Part shown: in pieces, positions 46,763-56,448 of the stretch
Numbering within the stretch: position 1 is the first letter of the stretch
Layout: each line of letters starts with the position of its first letter
Assembly (NCBI GenBank): GCA_051878975.1
Contig: JBJELD010000018.1
Coordinates: forward strand, 3,188-67,187
Direction of reading: 5' to 3'
Source: Candidatus Caccovicinus sp.
GTDB taxonomy: Bacteria > Bacillota > Clostridia > Lachnospirales > Lachnospiraceae
Length of the DNA: 64,000 nucleotides
Translations under genes and position numbers: made by a program
The notes under the pieces: generated by a model
What the model saw: the letters and a program-made list of their open reading frames with translations, nothing else
Database searches by the model: none
Told to the model about the DNA's origin: nothing

Positions 46763-49015
46763 CTACATTCTCTCGTGCGCGCTTCTTGCAATCACGTCAA
46801 GCTGCTGTTCTCTGGTCAGGTCAATGAATTTTACTGCATAACCGGATACACGGATCGTAAAGTTTGCGTACTCCTCTTTTTCCGGGTGCTCCATGGCATC
46901 GATCAGCTTCTCAATGCCGAACACATTCACATTCAGATGATGTGCACCCTGATCGAAATAACCGTCCATAACATGAACCAGATTCTCGATCCGCTCCTCC
47001 TCATTATGTCCCAAAGCACCCGGGTTAATCGTCTGGGTATTGGAAATGCCGTCCAGCGCCCATTCGTAAGGAAGCTTTGCAACCGAGTTTAAGGAAGCCA
47101 GCAGACCATTCTTTTCTGCACCGTAGCTTGGGTTTGCGCCTGGAGACAGCGGTTCGCCGGCCTTTCTGCCGTCCGGAAGTGCTCCGGTCGCCTTTCCGTA
47201 AACCACATTGGAGGTAATGGTCAAAATGGAAGTCGTCGGCTCAGAATTCCGGTAGGTATGATGCTTTTTCAGCTTATCCAGGAAGGTCTTTAACAGCCAT
47301 ACGCCGATCTCATCTGCACGATCATCATCATTGCCGTACCGCGGGAAATCCCCCTCAATCTCGTAATCCTCAGCCAGTCCGTCCTCGCCGCGGATCACCT
47401 TCACCTTTGCGTACTTGATTGCACTCAGGGAGTCAATTACATGGGAGAAGCCTGCAATACCGGTTGCAAAGGTACGTCTCACATCCGTATCGATCAGCGC
47501 CATCTCCGCTGCTTCATAATAATACTTATCATGCATATACTGGATCACGTTCAGGGTATTGACATACAGACCGGCCAGCCATTCCATCATCGCATCATAT
47601 TTTTCGATGACCTCATCATACTCCAGGTATTCTGACGTGATCGGTTTATAAGCCGGTCCCACCTGAACCTTGCTCTTCTCATCCACACCGCCGTTAATCG
47701 CATACAGCAGGCACTTTGCCAGGTTCGCACGGGCACCGAAGAACTGCATCTCCTTGCCTGTCTGGGTAGCCGATACGCAGCAGCAGATGGAGTAATCATC
47801 GCCCCAATACGGACGCATCACATCATCATTCTCGTACTGAACCGAACTGGTCTTAATTGAAATATAAGCTGCATAGCTCTTAAAATTCTGAGGCAGTCTG
47901 GAGGAGTAAAGAACCGTCATGTTCGGCTCCGGACTCGGTCCCATGTTCTCTAAGGTATGCAGGAAACGATAATCCGTCTTGGTAACCATGGAACGGCCGT
48001 CCTGTCCCAGGCCGCCTACCTCCAGAGTCGCCCATACCGGATCGCCGGAGAACAGCTGGGTGTAAGAAGGAATTCTTGCAAACTTCACCATGCGGCATTT
48101 CATAACGAAATGGTCGATCAGCTCCTGCGCTTCCTTCTCGGTAATGACGCCGTTCTTTAAATCTCTCTGAATATAGATATCCAGGAAGGTAGACACACGG
48201 CCCACACTCATGGCTGCTCCGTTCTGGGTCTTGATTGCTGCCAGATAGCCGAAGTAAGTCCACTGAACTGCTTCCTTTGCATTTTTCGCCGGCTGAGAAA
48301 TATCAAAACCGTAAGAAGCTGCCATCTTCTTCATATCATTTAAGGCGCGGTACTGCATGGAGATTTCCTCTCTCTGGCGGATAATGTCATCCGTCATCAC
48401 ACCGCAGCCGCAGTTATCAAAATCTTCTTTCTTCTTTTCCATCAGGAAATCAATTCCGTAAAGCGCTACTCTCCGGTAGTCGCCTACGATACGGCCGCGT
48501 CCGTAGGTATCCGGAAGTCCGGTAATGATCTTATTGTGACGGGCCTTTCTCATCTCAGGCGTGTAAGCATCGAATACACCCTGGTTGTGGGTCTTGTGAT
48601 ACTCATTAAAAATCTTGTGGAATGCCGGGTCCGGCTCATATCCGTGCGTCGTGCAGGCTTCCTCCGCCATCTTAATTCCGCCGAACGGCATGAATGCTCT
48701 CTTTAACGGCTTATCCGTCTGCAGGCCAACCACCTGCTCCAGCTCCTTGGTCTCTTCGCTGATATATCCGGGCTTGTGGGAAGTCAGGCTGGAAACGATG
48801 TGAGTGTCCATGTCCAGGACACCGCCCTTTGCTCTCTCTTCCTTCTGCAGCCCCTGTAAAATTCCCCAGAGGGTATCAGTTGCTTCCGTCGGTCCCTCCA
48901 GAAAGGAAGCATCTCCATCATATGGAGTATAATTATTTTGAATGAAATCTCTGGTATTTACTTCTTCTTTCCAGATTCTTCCCTTAAAACCGGCCCATTG
49001 TTCTTTCTGTACCAT
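46763..49015 (-). CDS. pflB: Formate C-acetyltransferase (pyruvate formate-lyase)
   Basis: [18 protein letters not shown], active-site CCVS, glycyl radical TIRVSGYAV; ATG after AGGAGG. Confidence 0.97.
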   Translation of the reverse strand: MVQKEQWAGFKGRIWKEEVNTRDFIQNNYTPYDGDASFLEGPTEATDTLWGILQGLQKEERAKGGVLDMDTHIVSSLTSHKPGYISEETKELEQVVGLQTDKPLKRAFMPFGGIKMAEEACTTHGYEPDPAFHKIFNEYHKTHNQGVFDAYTPEMRKARHNKIITGLPDTYGRGRIVGDYRRVALYGIDFLMEKKKEDFDNCGCGVMTDDIIRQREEISMQYRALNDMKKMAASYGFDISQPAKNAKEAVQWTYFGYLAAIKTQNGAAMSVGRVSTFLDIYIQRDLKNGVITEKEAQELIDHFVMKCRMVKFARIPSYTQLFSGDPVWATLEVGGLGQDGRSMVTKTDYRFLHTLENMGPSPEPNMTVLYSSRLPQNFKSYAAYISIKTSSVQYENDDVMRPYWGDDYSICCCVSATQTGKEMQFFGARANLAKCLLYAINGGVDEKSKVQVGPAYKPITSEYLEYDEVIEKYDAMMEWLAGLYVNTLNVIQYMHDKYYYEAAEMALIDTDVRRTFATGIAGFSHVIDSLSAIKYAKVKVIRGEDGLAEDYEIEGDFPRYGNDDDRADEIGVWLLKTFLDKLKKHHTYRNSEPTTSILTITSNVVYGKATGALPDGRKAGEPLSPGANPSYGAEKNGLLASLNSVAKLPYEWALDGISNTQTINPGALGHNEEERIENLVHVMDGYFDQGAHHLNVNVFGIEKLIDAMEHPEKEEYANFTIRVSGYAVKFIDLTREQQLDVIARSAHERM

Positions 49016-49070
49016 GTCATTTTCCTCCTGTTTGATGTGAAATTTCATGTGAAATATTAGCTGTGTATAC

Positions 49071-49135
49071 AATATACCAGCAGTTGTTCAAATTGTCAAT
49101 GGGAAGGCTTGGATTTATTGTGAAACAATTATCAA
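49071..49135 (-). promoter_or_regulatory. pflB promoter with candidate Rex operator
   Basis: TTGACA-17-TATATT with extended TG; TTGTGAA-N4-TTATCAA at 49118..49135. Confidence 0.6.
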
Positions 49136-49165
49136 AATATGTCCTGTCTGCCGGAGCAGGCGGCA

Positions 49166-50500
49166 TTATCCCCGATACTCCATGTACAGCCAGACCACAG
49201 CAGTTACTGCCAGATAGAACCAGGTCGCTGCATTGGAAAACCAGGTAGTGAAAAAGGATAGCACCATATACATGGCAATCTGCGCGTAAAACAGGTATCC
49301 GACCGGATTTTTCAGCCGTCTCACGCTGCGCACCAGAAGGCAGCAGACGGCCCCCAGGACTGCACAGAAAAGGATGACGCCCGCAATTCCGAAATCATAA
49401 TACGCGTCATAGATGATCGTCAGCGTGGTCAGCTCCTCCTTGTTTACGTAGATCGGGAAATTTACAAGCTCCGGAACCAGAAATTTCAGCCCGGTCAGCG
49501 CCCACACCGGAAACAACATGCGGAGTCCCCAGCTGTGAGCCGGAAGCACCTCCACCAGATGATTGAAATTGTCATAATTATTTGCAATGTACATGTATGG
49601 CTGGGTAATGAAAATCGGCATCCGGCTGTTCTTCATCTCAAAAATTCCGTTCAGATATTCCACGTCATGACTTCTCGCAACGGTCAGAACAACATAGCAG
49701 AGCACCAGCAGCACAGCCACAGCCGCAGCCTGCCACAGCTGCATCTTATGCCGGACTGCCACCAGCGTAAAGACTGCCATTCCCACCGCCAGAATCAGCT
49801 GGAACCGGGACACGCAGAGAATCGGAATCAGCAGGCTGATTCCGGTAAACAGCGCCGCCAGAAAATTGCGCCGTCTGTTCCTCTCATCCTTCGCCATCGC
49901 ATAGAGAACGTACAGGGACGGCACCAGCACACAGCTCACCGTGAAATAGTGCACGCCGCTGATGTGAAAATAGGAATATGCATGAGGAACTCCCCTCAGA
50001 AAAAAAGGAACATACCCCAGAAGAACCGCCTCCAGTACAAAGGCCGCGGCAGAAACAGCCGTCACCGCCGCAATGGAAACAAAAAGCGGCCGTTCAAACT
50101 TCCGAAGCTCCATCTTCTGTTCCCATGGAAGAATCGTTCGTCTTCCGCCGGCCTGCTTTTTCATCCAGTTCTGCCCCCGCACCGGCCCAAGCCGGCTTTC
50201 AGTCCATGCAAAGGCGACATAAAAGGAAAGAACGGACGCCAGAAAGCAGGCCCAGGTCATCCTGCTCCATTCGGTCTGAAGACGGCTGAGCTTCATACAG
50301 GACAAAGCCTGCCCTGCCGTAAAAAAGGAGCCGAACAGGCCCCGCAGGTGAATCAGGTTTCCGCTCCTGCGGTAATCATTCCAGTAGAGAGAAAAGGCCC
50401 CTACTATGAGAACCAGCCCGGATGGGATAAACCATCCGAGCCTGGCAAATAAAAAACTGGCAATATAACTGATCAAATAAACGGTCAAATATGGATTCAT
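49166..50500 (-). CDS. O-antigen/oligosaccharide repeat-unit polymerase (Wzy-like) membrane protein
   Basis: About 11 TMs, VSR motif, PYMYIANNYDNF and YDAYYDFGIAG loop typical of Wzy-like proteins. Confidence 0.7.
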   Translation of the reverse strand: MNPYLTVYLISYIASFLFARLGWFIPSGLVLIVGAFSLYWNDYRRSGNLIHLRGLFGSFFTAGQALSCMKLSRLQTEWSRMTWACFLASVLSFYVAFAWTESRLGPVRGQNWMKKQAGGRRTILPWEQKMELRKFERPLFVSIAAVTAVSAAAFVLEAVLLGYVPFFLRGVPHAYSYFHISGVHYFTVSCVLVPSLYVLYAMAKDERNRRRNFLAALFTGISLLIPILCVSRFQLILAVGMAVFTLVAVRHKMQLWQAAAVAVLLVLCYVVLTVARSHDVEYLNGIFEMKNSRMPIFITQPYMYIANNYDNFNHLVEVLPAHSWGLRMLFPVWALTGLKFLVPELVNFPIYVNKEELTTLTIIYDAYYDFGIAGVILFCAVLGAVCCLLVRSVRRLKNPVGYLFYAQIAMYMVLSFFTTWFSNAATWFYLAVTAVVWLYMEYRG

Positions 50501-52209
50501 TGATTGATAAACTCTCTCATGTAATTTTCTACTTCTGCAGTCGTCGCAAAGCTCATCGCCTTATCTGCCACTGCCTGCAGTTCTTCCGTGCTGTATTCCG
50601 TAATCATCTTTCTTGCACGAAGGATTGCGGACGGACTCATACTGAACTCATTCAGTCCGAATGCCAGAAGAAGCGGAATCATCATCGGATCGCTTGCCGC
50701 CTCACCGCACATGCCGACCATGATGCCGGCCTCTCTTGCACAGGTAATGATCCGTCGGATGCTGCGCAGAACTGCCGGGTTAAAGGTGGAATACAGATAA
50801 GAAATCTTGTCATTGCCGCGGTCAACCGACATGGTATACTGAGTCAGGTCGTTGGTTCCGATGCTGAAGAAATCCACTTCCTTCGCAAAGATATCTGCAA
50901 TCAGGGATGCAGCTGCCGTCTCTACCATGATGCCCAGCTGAATGTCCTTGTTGTAGGCAATTCCCTTCTCGTCCAGTTCCTTCTTGATGTCCTCTACCAG
51001 TGCCTTCACCTGACGATACTCGTCAATGCAGGTAACCAGCGGAATCATAATCTTAATGTTGCCGAATGCACTTGCGCGAAGCAGCGCACGAAGCTGCGGA
51101 CGATATACATCATCCTGCCGGTCCAGACAGAAACGAACGGCACGGTAGCCCAGGAACGGATTCTCATCCTTCTCCAGCCCCATATAAGGAATCTCCTTGT
51201 CACCGCCGATATCCAGAGTACGGATGATCACCGGTTTTCCATCCATCGCTACAGCAACCTTCCGGTATGCCTCAAACTGCTCTTCCTCAGTCGGCATTGC
51301 AGTACGATCCATGAACAGGAACTCCGTGCGGAACAGGCCTACGCCCTCGCCGTCATACTGAAGAACTTTGTCTACATCTTCCGGCTTTCCAATATTGGCA
51401 ACCAGTTCGACGCGCACGCCATCCTTGGTCACCGATGGCTTTCCGATATATTTCTCCAGCTCCTTCTTTTCCTTGATGAAGGCTTCCCGTTTCTTCTGGT
51501 ACTCTGCCAGAACTCCCTCTTCCGGATTTACCAGCACAGTGCCATCAGAACCGTCTACCACAATGGTATCTCCGTTCTTTACCTGATCCAGAATGCCGGT
51601 CAGAGCGACAACTGCCGGAATCTCCAGTGCTCTTGCCAGAATCGCACTGTGAGAGGTCCGTCCACCCAGTTCCGTCACAATACCGGTTACATTTGCCGGA
51701 TTGATACCGGCCGTCATGGACGGGGTCAGATCCTTTGCCAGGATTACGGTGCCGGCCGGCAGTGCTGCAATGTCAATCGACTCCACGCCGAGAAGAACCT
51801 TCTGCATTCTGGTTTTAATATCGCGCATGTCGGTAGCACGCTGCTGCATCAGCTCGTCTCCCATAGAGGCAAACATATCTGCATACATATTGCAGACCGT
51901 CTCGATTGCAAATTCGCTGTTTACAGATTCACTTTTAATATTGTTTTCAATTTCCGCAACCAGCATCGGATCGGATAAAAGCATAATGTGTCCGTTTAAA
52001 ATCTCCGCTTCCTTCTCACCGACTCTTGTTGCTAAATCTGCAGCCAGAGCCTCTGTCTGCTTCATACTGGTTTCCAGCGCTCCCTTAAAACGCTCAACCT
52101 CTGCGTCGGAATCCGCGATTGTCTCCCTTTTAATCACCAATTCCTTTTCTTCGACCACAGCAACCGTTCCGATTCCGATTCCTGCCGAAGCATTTGTTCC
52201 CTTGTACAT
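50497..52209 (-). CDS. ptsI: PTS Enzyme I
   Basis: GGRTSHSAILAR, GLFRTEF, IRTLDIGGDK, FSIGTNDLTQY, MCGE. Confidence 0.97.
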   Translation of the reverse strand: MYKGTNASAGIGIGTVAVVEEKELVIKRETIADSDAEVERFKGALETSMKQTEALAADLATRVGEKEAEILNGHIMLLSDPMLVAEIENNIKSESVNSEFAIETVCNMYADMFASMGDELMQQRATDMRDIKTRMQKVLLGVESIDIAALPAGTVILAKDLTPSMTAGINPANVTGIVTELGGRTSHSAILARALEIPAVVALTGILDQVKNGDTIVVDGSDGTVLVNPEEGVLAEYQKKREAFIKEKKELEKYIGKPSVTKDGVRVELVANIGKPEDVDKVLQYDGEGVGLFRTEFLFMDRTAMPTEEEQFEAYRKVAVAMDGKPVIIRTLDIGGDKEIPYMGLEKDENPFLGYRAVRFCLDRQDDVYRPQLRALLRASAFGNIKIMIPLVTCIDEYRQVKALVEDIKKELDEKGIAYNKDIQLGIMVETAAASLIADIFAKEVDFFSIGTNDLTQYTMSVDRGNDKISYLYSTFNPAVLRSIRRIITCAREAGIMVGMCGEAASDPMMIPLLLAFGLNEFSMSPSAILRARKMITEYSTEELQAVADKAMSFATTAEVENYMREFINQ

Positions 52210-52303
52210 AAATACTACCTCCTCATGAATATAAAATCTATGCTCAAACCTGCACGGCATGCCTGCCGGATACAGATCTGTCATCGGATTGCTCCGCTGT
52301 CCT

Positions 52304-52567
52304 TCACTCGCCCAGACCGTCGCTCACGATCTTGACGATTGCAGCCAGCGCCTCCTCTTCATCCTCGCCCTCGCAGACAAATTCCAGCTCACTGCCGCAT
52401 TTAATGCAGGCCCCGAGGACGCTCAGCACGCTTTTTGCATTGGCAGTGGTGTTATGGAAGTGGAAATTAATGGAAGACTTATATTTGATCGCTTCCTTAC
52501 ACAGAATTCCGGCCGGCCGAAGATGCAGACCGCTGGGATTTTTAATCACCACTTTTTCACTTACCAT
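52304..52567 (-). CDS. ptsH: HPr phosphocarrier
   Basis: GLHLRPA (His15), NAKSVLSV (Ser46), GEDEEEA. Confidence 0.93.
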   Translation of the reverse strand: MVSEKVVIKNPSGLHLRPAGILCKEAIKYKSSINFHFHNTTANAKSVLSVLGACIKCGSELEFVCEGEDEEEALAAIVKIVSDGLGE

Positions 52568-52615
52568 ACTATCCTCCATTCTGTACATGTCTATGCACAT
52601 ACCGGTATTTCATCC

Positions 52616-53974
52616 TTACTGTTCAACCGACGGGCTTTCCTCCAAAGTCTCTTCCGGGCTGGTCTCCGTTTCCGACAACTCCGGCACCGTCTCTTCTTCC
52701 GTCTCCGGCAGAGTCACCACACCCGGTCCCATGGAACGCGAAGTAACAATGACCAGGAAATCGGAATAACGGAGCACTTCGCAGTCATCCTCCAGGCCAT
52801 CAAACTCCAGCACGCCGCGGTGCATGCCCACATCCATATCCGATACATCCATTTCCATGATGATATCCGAAGCCTCCAGACGATCCAGCTCTTCTTTCCG
52901 GCCCTGAACCACTACCTCGATCGAATCCCGGTCATATCCGTAATGATTCTCATTGGACTCCCCTTCTGTAATGATCCGGTTGGTTGAAATCTCCAGCGTC
53001 TTCTGTTCCAGTTTTTCTACTTTTAGCGTAACGGTGACCTGATTGTTCACCGGAATGCTCATCTTTTCTTTATCCGGAAGAAAATCTTCTACATTTATGA
53101 TAATAACCTTATCCTCATCTGCGCCGTCCAGATTCAGCACCGACGCCGGAATCCGAATGCTCTCCAGCGCGGCAACTGACGCTTCCGGTCCCATGACCGC
53201 CACCGTATCTGCAGAGCTCTCCAGCCCCATATAACGGCAGCTGTCTGCCACTTCTCCGCCGACATTGAATTCCAGCTTTACCTCCTGGATCTTCACCACG
53301 CTGACCTGATAGGAGATTTCCTGGACATTGACCGCTACCCGGTCATCCAGATTGATCTCATTGCCGTTGGCATCATAAAAAGTCGGGGAGGCCGCACCGA
53401 CCGTTTCGGATCGGATGCCTTCTACATTGATCTTCACGCCTACCGTACTGATCCGGCCAATCACCGATTCCGGACCTTCCACCGTAACCATGGACGGACT
53501 CAGACTTACACGTTCCACCTCATAGCCATTCTGCGGAAAGCCTTCCTGATTCGCCACCAGGTCAAAATCCTTTTTCTGAATCTGCTCCGTCCTGACCCGC
53601 ACAACTGCCGGCTTGGCCGCAACCGACTCCACCAGATAATCCTTGTTCTTGGACACCTCCACGTAAACCGGAACGGTTCCGGTAGCCGGATAATAATCTG
53701 CCAGATCCACATAAGCCTTAAAATCCGCCGCCTGAATCAAGGACTGATCCTGGGTATGAATCTTATAGGTAATCGTAACGGATGTTCGTTTGTTCTCCAG
53801 CTCATACGCCAGACCGGCCGCCTTCATTACATCGACATTGATGACATCCAGAGGAACCTCCTTCGTCCTGGTGATCAGAGGATCCGACACATTCACCACT
53901 GCAAGCCAGATCAGAAAGCCAATGACCACCGAAGCAATCTTCAGTCCCAGATTACGAGTGAGAATTTCTTTCAT
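52616..53974 (-). CDS. cdaR: CdaR/YbbR-like regulator of diadenylate cyclase
   Basis: N-terminal NLGLKI TM, repeated YbbR units (VTVEGPES, VAVMGPEA, VVVQG); follows cdaA. Confidence 0.88.
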   Translation of the reverse strand: MKEILTRNLGLKIASVVIGFLIWLAVVNVSDPLITRTKEVPLDVINVDVMKAAGLAYELENKRTSVTITYKIHTQDQSLIQAADFKAYVDLADYYPATGTVPVYVEVSKNKDYLVESVAAKPAVVRVRTEQIQKKDFDLVANQEGFPQNGYEVERVSLSPSMVTVEGPESVIGRISTVGVKINVEGIRSETVGAASPTFYDANGNEINLDDRVAVNVQEISYQVSVVKIQEVKLEFNVGGEVADSCRYMGLESSADTVAVMGPEASVAALESIRIPASVLNLDGADEDKVIIINVEDFLPDKEKMSIPVNNQVTVTLKVEKLEQKTLEISTNRIITEGESNENHYGYDRDSIEVVVQGRKEELDRLEASDIIMEMDVSDMDVGMHRGVLEFDGLEDDCEVLRYSDFLVIVTSRSMGPGVVTLPETEEETVPELSETETSPEETLEESPSVEQ

Positions 53975-54827
53975 TTTTCAGCCTCCCCTTCCATAATTTA
54001 AACTTGCTGCTGGAAGCGGTACCGCTCTCCGTGTTGTCTGAAAGAATCCGTTTTAAGGATTCCCCGTCTCCGATTCTGGTCAGCTTTCCGCCATCGGCCA
54101 CAGAAACTCTTCCGGTTTCCTCGGAAACCACGATCGTCAGGCTGTCCGTCACCTCCGAGATTCCCACCGCCGCACGGTGTCTGGTTCCCAGATCCTTGCT
54201 GATCGTCATGTTGTCCGACAGCGGCAGATAACAGGTCGCCGCTGTTACCCGGTTTCCGCAGATGACTACAGCGCCGTCATGGAGCGGCGTATTATGTTCA
54301 AAAATATTAATCAGAAGCTGGCTGCTGACCAGTCCGTTGATTTCGATTCCGGTCCGCTCGATCTCTCTTAAACTGTCATTCCGTTCAATCACCATCAGCG
54401 CACCAGTCTTAACCTTTGCCATCTCAAAGGTGGCCTTAACCACTTCATTCACCGTCTTTTCTGAAAAGCCGGTCTCCCCCTTCGCATCATCAAACGAAAG
54501 AATATTCGAGATGATCTTCTGACTTCCCAGCTGCTCCAGTGCCTTCCGCAGCTCCGGCTGAAAGATGACCAAAAGTGCGGTAACCGCGATGGTTGCCGTC
54601 TTTTCCAATATCCAAAGAATCGTCCGCAGCTCAAAAATCGCTGCAAAAAGTGCAAATGCCAGAATGACACCCAGTCCTTTCAGCAATGTCCAGGCACGTG
54701 TATTTTTTATCCAGTACAGCACTTCATAAATCAGGGCTGAGATAATGATAATCTCAACCAGATTGGAAATACTGATCCGCGGCAAAAATGACAGCCAGGA
54801 GCGAAGTCCTTCAAATAGATCCGCCAT
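53952..54827 (-). CDS. cdaA: Diadenylate cyclase CdaA
   Basis: 3 TMs, IFQPELR, TPLHDGA, GTRHRAA, VSEETG. Confidence 0.96.
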   Translation of the reverse strand: MADLFEGLRSWLSFLPRISISNLVEIIIISALIYEVLYWIKNTRAWTLLKGLGVILAFALFAAIFELRTILWILEKTATIAVTALLVIFQPELRKALEQLGSQKIISNILSFDDAKGETGFSEKTVNEVVKATFEMAKVKTGALMVIERNDSLREIERTGIEINGLVSSQLLINIFEHNTPLHDGAVVICGNRVTAATCYLPLSDNMTISKDLGTRHRAAVGISEVTDSLTIVVSEETGRVSVADGGKLTRIGDGESLKRILSDNTESGTASSSKFKLWKGRLKNERNSHS

Positions 54828-54870
54828 GGTGCCATATCCTCCCTTCCTGTCTGCTTCCTGTTCCGGAAGC

Positions 54871-55806
54871 TTAAGAATCTTTTCGTTTATTAATCCGCTG
54901 CACCTTTACATCCGGTGCTGTGACGGCAATCTTCGGAACTGCCTTCACATAATAATAATAATCATCATCCTGGAACTGCAGATATTCCGTTCTGGAGTAA
55001 TCCACCGCAAACAGGAAAAACTGCAGGATAAATGTCAGAAGCACCGACAGCAGCGTTCCGACTGCAATGGTTCCCACCGACAGCTGCATATCCGCTCTGG
55101 AATTTCCCACAAAAATCACAGCAAGCAGCACAACTGTGCCGGCTGCCGTGGCAATGGACCAGGCATAGTCGATCGACAGGTTCCGGATCAGGAACACAAC
55201 GACCGCTGCTGCCGTAAACGCCAGAATCATCAGGATCATCGTCTCATTTGCGAACAGACTTTTCAAAATCTGCATATATTTCTGCGTAATATCGATCGTA
55301 TCCGCTCCGGCCAGCACAGCCGCATTCTGCTTCACATAGTTCAGCAGATAGTAAAAAAACACGCCGACGCACATCGGAATGATCGAGGAAAGCCCGCAGG
55401 CCAGACCGATTATCAGCGGCACCGCATACGGCACTCCCAGGAAAAACATAAACGGCGTAATGATCATAATCAGGGAATTTCCCGGCTGCAGCCCGCCGTA
55501 AAGGACCGCCACGATCAAAACCAGAATGCCGGTAATCACCGCCAGCTCCAACGAAAGACTGTACAAATGCAGCAGCATAAAAGCAGCCGCCAGACAGGTC
55601 AGTGCACTGCCGGGCAGAAACGAGCAGATCAAACCCAGAATCAGAGGAACCACCGGATTTTTCAGCTTCGACAGGAAGCCAAGATTTTTATTCAGCAGCA
55701 AAAATACGGAAAATGCAAATACAAACTTCACAATCGGATGAATGATAAAGCTGTATCTCCCGTAGAAGGCTCTCAGCCGCTCTTTAAATACCAGAAGTAC
55801 CATCAT
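54871..55806 (-). CDS. Conserved-looking multi-pass membrane protein of unknown function
   Basis: About 9-10 hydrophobic segments; polar C-tail DYSRTEYLQFQDDDYYYYVKAVPK. Confidence 0.75.
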   Translation of the reverse strand: MMVLLVFKERLRAFYGRYSFIIHPIVKFVFAFSVFLLLNKNLGFLSKLKNPVVPLILGLICSFLPGSALTCLAAAFMLLHLYSLSLELAVITGILVLIVAVLYGGLQPGNSLIMIITPFMFFLGVPYAVPLIIGLACGLSSIIPMCVGVFFYYLLNYVKQNAAVLAGADTIDITQKYMQILKSLFANETMILMILAFTAAAVVVFLIRNLSIDYAWSIATAAGTVVLLAVIFVGNSRADMQLSVGTIAVGTLLSVLLTFILQFFLFAVDYSRTEYLQFQDDDYYYYVKAVPKIAVTAPDVKVQRINKRKDS

Positions 55807-56230
55807 GCCGGATGCCCTCCTTTGCCATCTCCTTCACCTTGTTCTGATACTCATACCGTTTTTCAAGGCGTTTTAATTTCGCCACATAGACCCGCTGGCC
55901 TCCGCTGGCATATTCATACCGTTTCCTGCTGATGCGGAAGGTAATGAACAGATAAAATATCAGGCCGGCCAGGTAAAAGAAAAGGAACCGTCTGGCAAGT
56001 ATGAAAACCAGATCCATGCTGATGCTGTTCAGAAGCATTTCCAGATGATACATGACCCAGAGCGACGCTCCGAGAATACAGCACAGCGTATAACCGAAAA
56101 ATGCGCAGAACAGACGGCTGCTGATATAGTCATTTTTAAAATACCGGCTCAGCGGAAAGATCTTTTTTCCTTCTTTTTTCTCAAACATGGCGATGCCTGT
56201 CATAAGTTTTATCTTTTCTTCATTCAGCAT
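55784..56230 (-). CDS. Small two-TM membrane protein of unknown function
   Basis: MLNEEKIKLMT start after AAAGGAG; two TMs; overlaps the next gene. Confidence 0.75.
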   Translation of the reverse strand: MLNEEKIKLMTGIAMFEKKEGKKIFPLSRYFKNDYISSRLFCAFFGYTLCCILGASLWVMYHLEMLLNSISMDLVFILARRFLFFYLAGLIFYLFITFRISRKRYEYASGGQRVYVAKLKRLEKRYEYQNKVKEMAKEGIRHDGTSGI

Positions 56231-56335
56231 ATGACCTGCTCCTTTTATTCCATAACATATCACCTTAGTATAACATATAATTTTCTTCTTTGCGAGGGGA
56301 TTCATGAAATTGTCACAAAAAATTTAAAAAAGGAG

Positions 56336-56370
56336 AAAAAACCCGGCAGTTTCCACGACTGCCGGGTTTT
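56336..56370. terminator. Terminator hairpin
   Basis: AAAAACCCGGCAGT..ACTGCCGGGTTTTT; a second hairpin TTTGGGGCAG..CTGCCCCAAA lies near 56412..56437. Confidence 0.75.
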
Positions 56371-56448
56371 TCCTGTTTCTTCCTATTTTATATGAAATCT
56401 CACATTCAAAATTTGGGGCAGATCAACTGCCCCAAAATCGTTCTTCCT

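Noticed and set aside
49016-49165. ZTP (pfl) riboswitch before pflB
   Set aside because: No aptamer motifs; the leader is short and AT-rich
50491-51978. 495-aa plus-strand ORF (likewise 54745..55932 and 56392..57558)
   Set aside because: Antisense shadows of ptsI, the membrane gene and the CoA ligase, produced by codon bias
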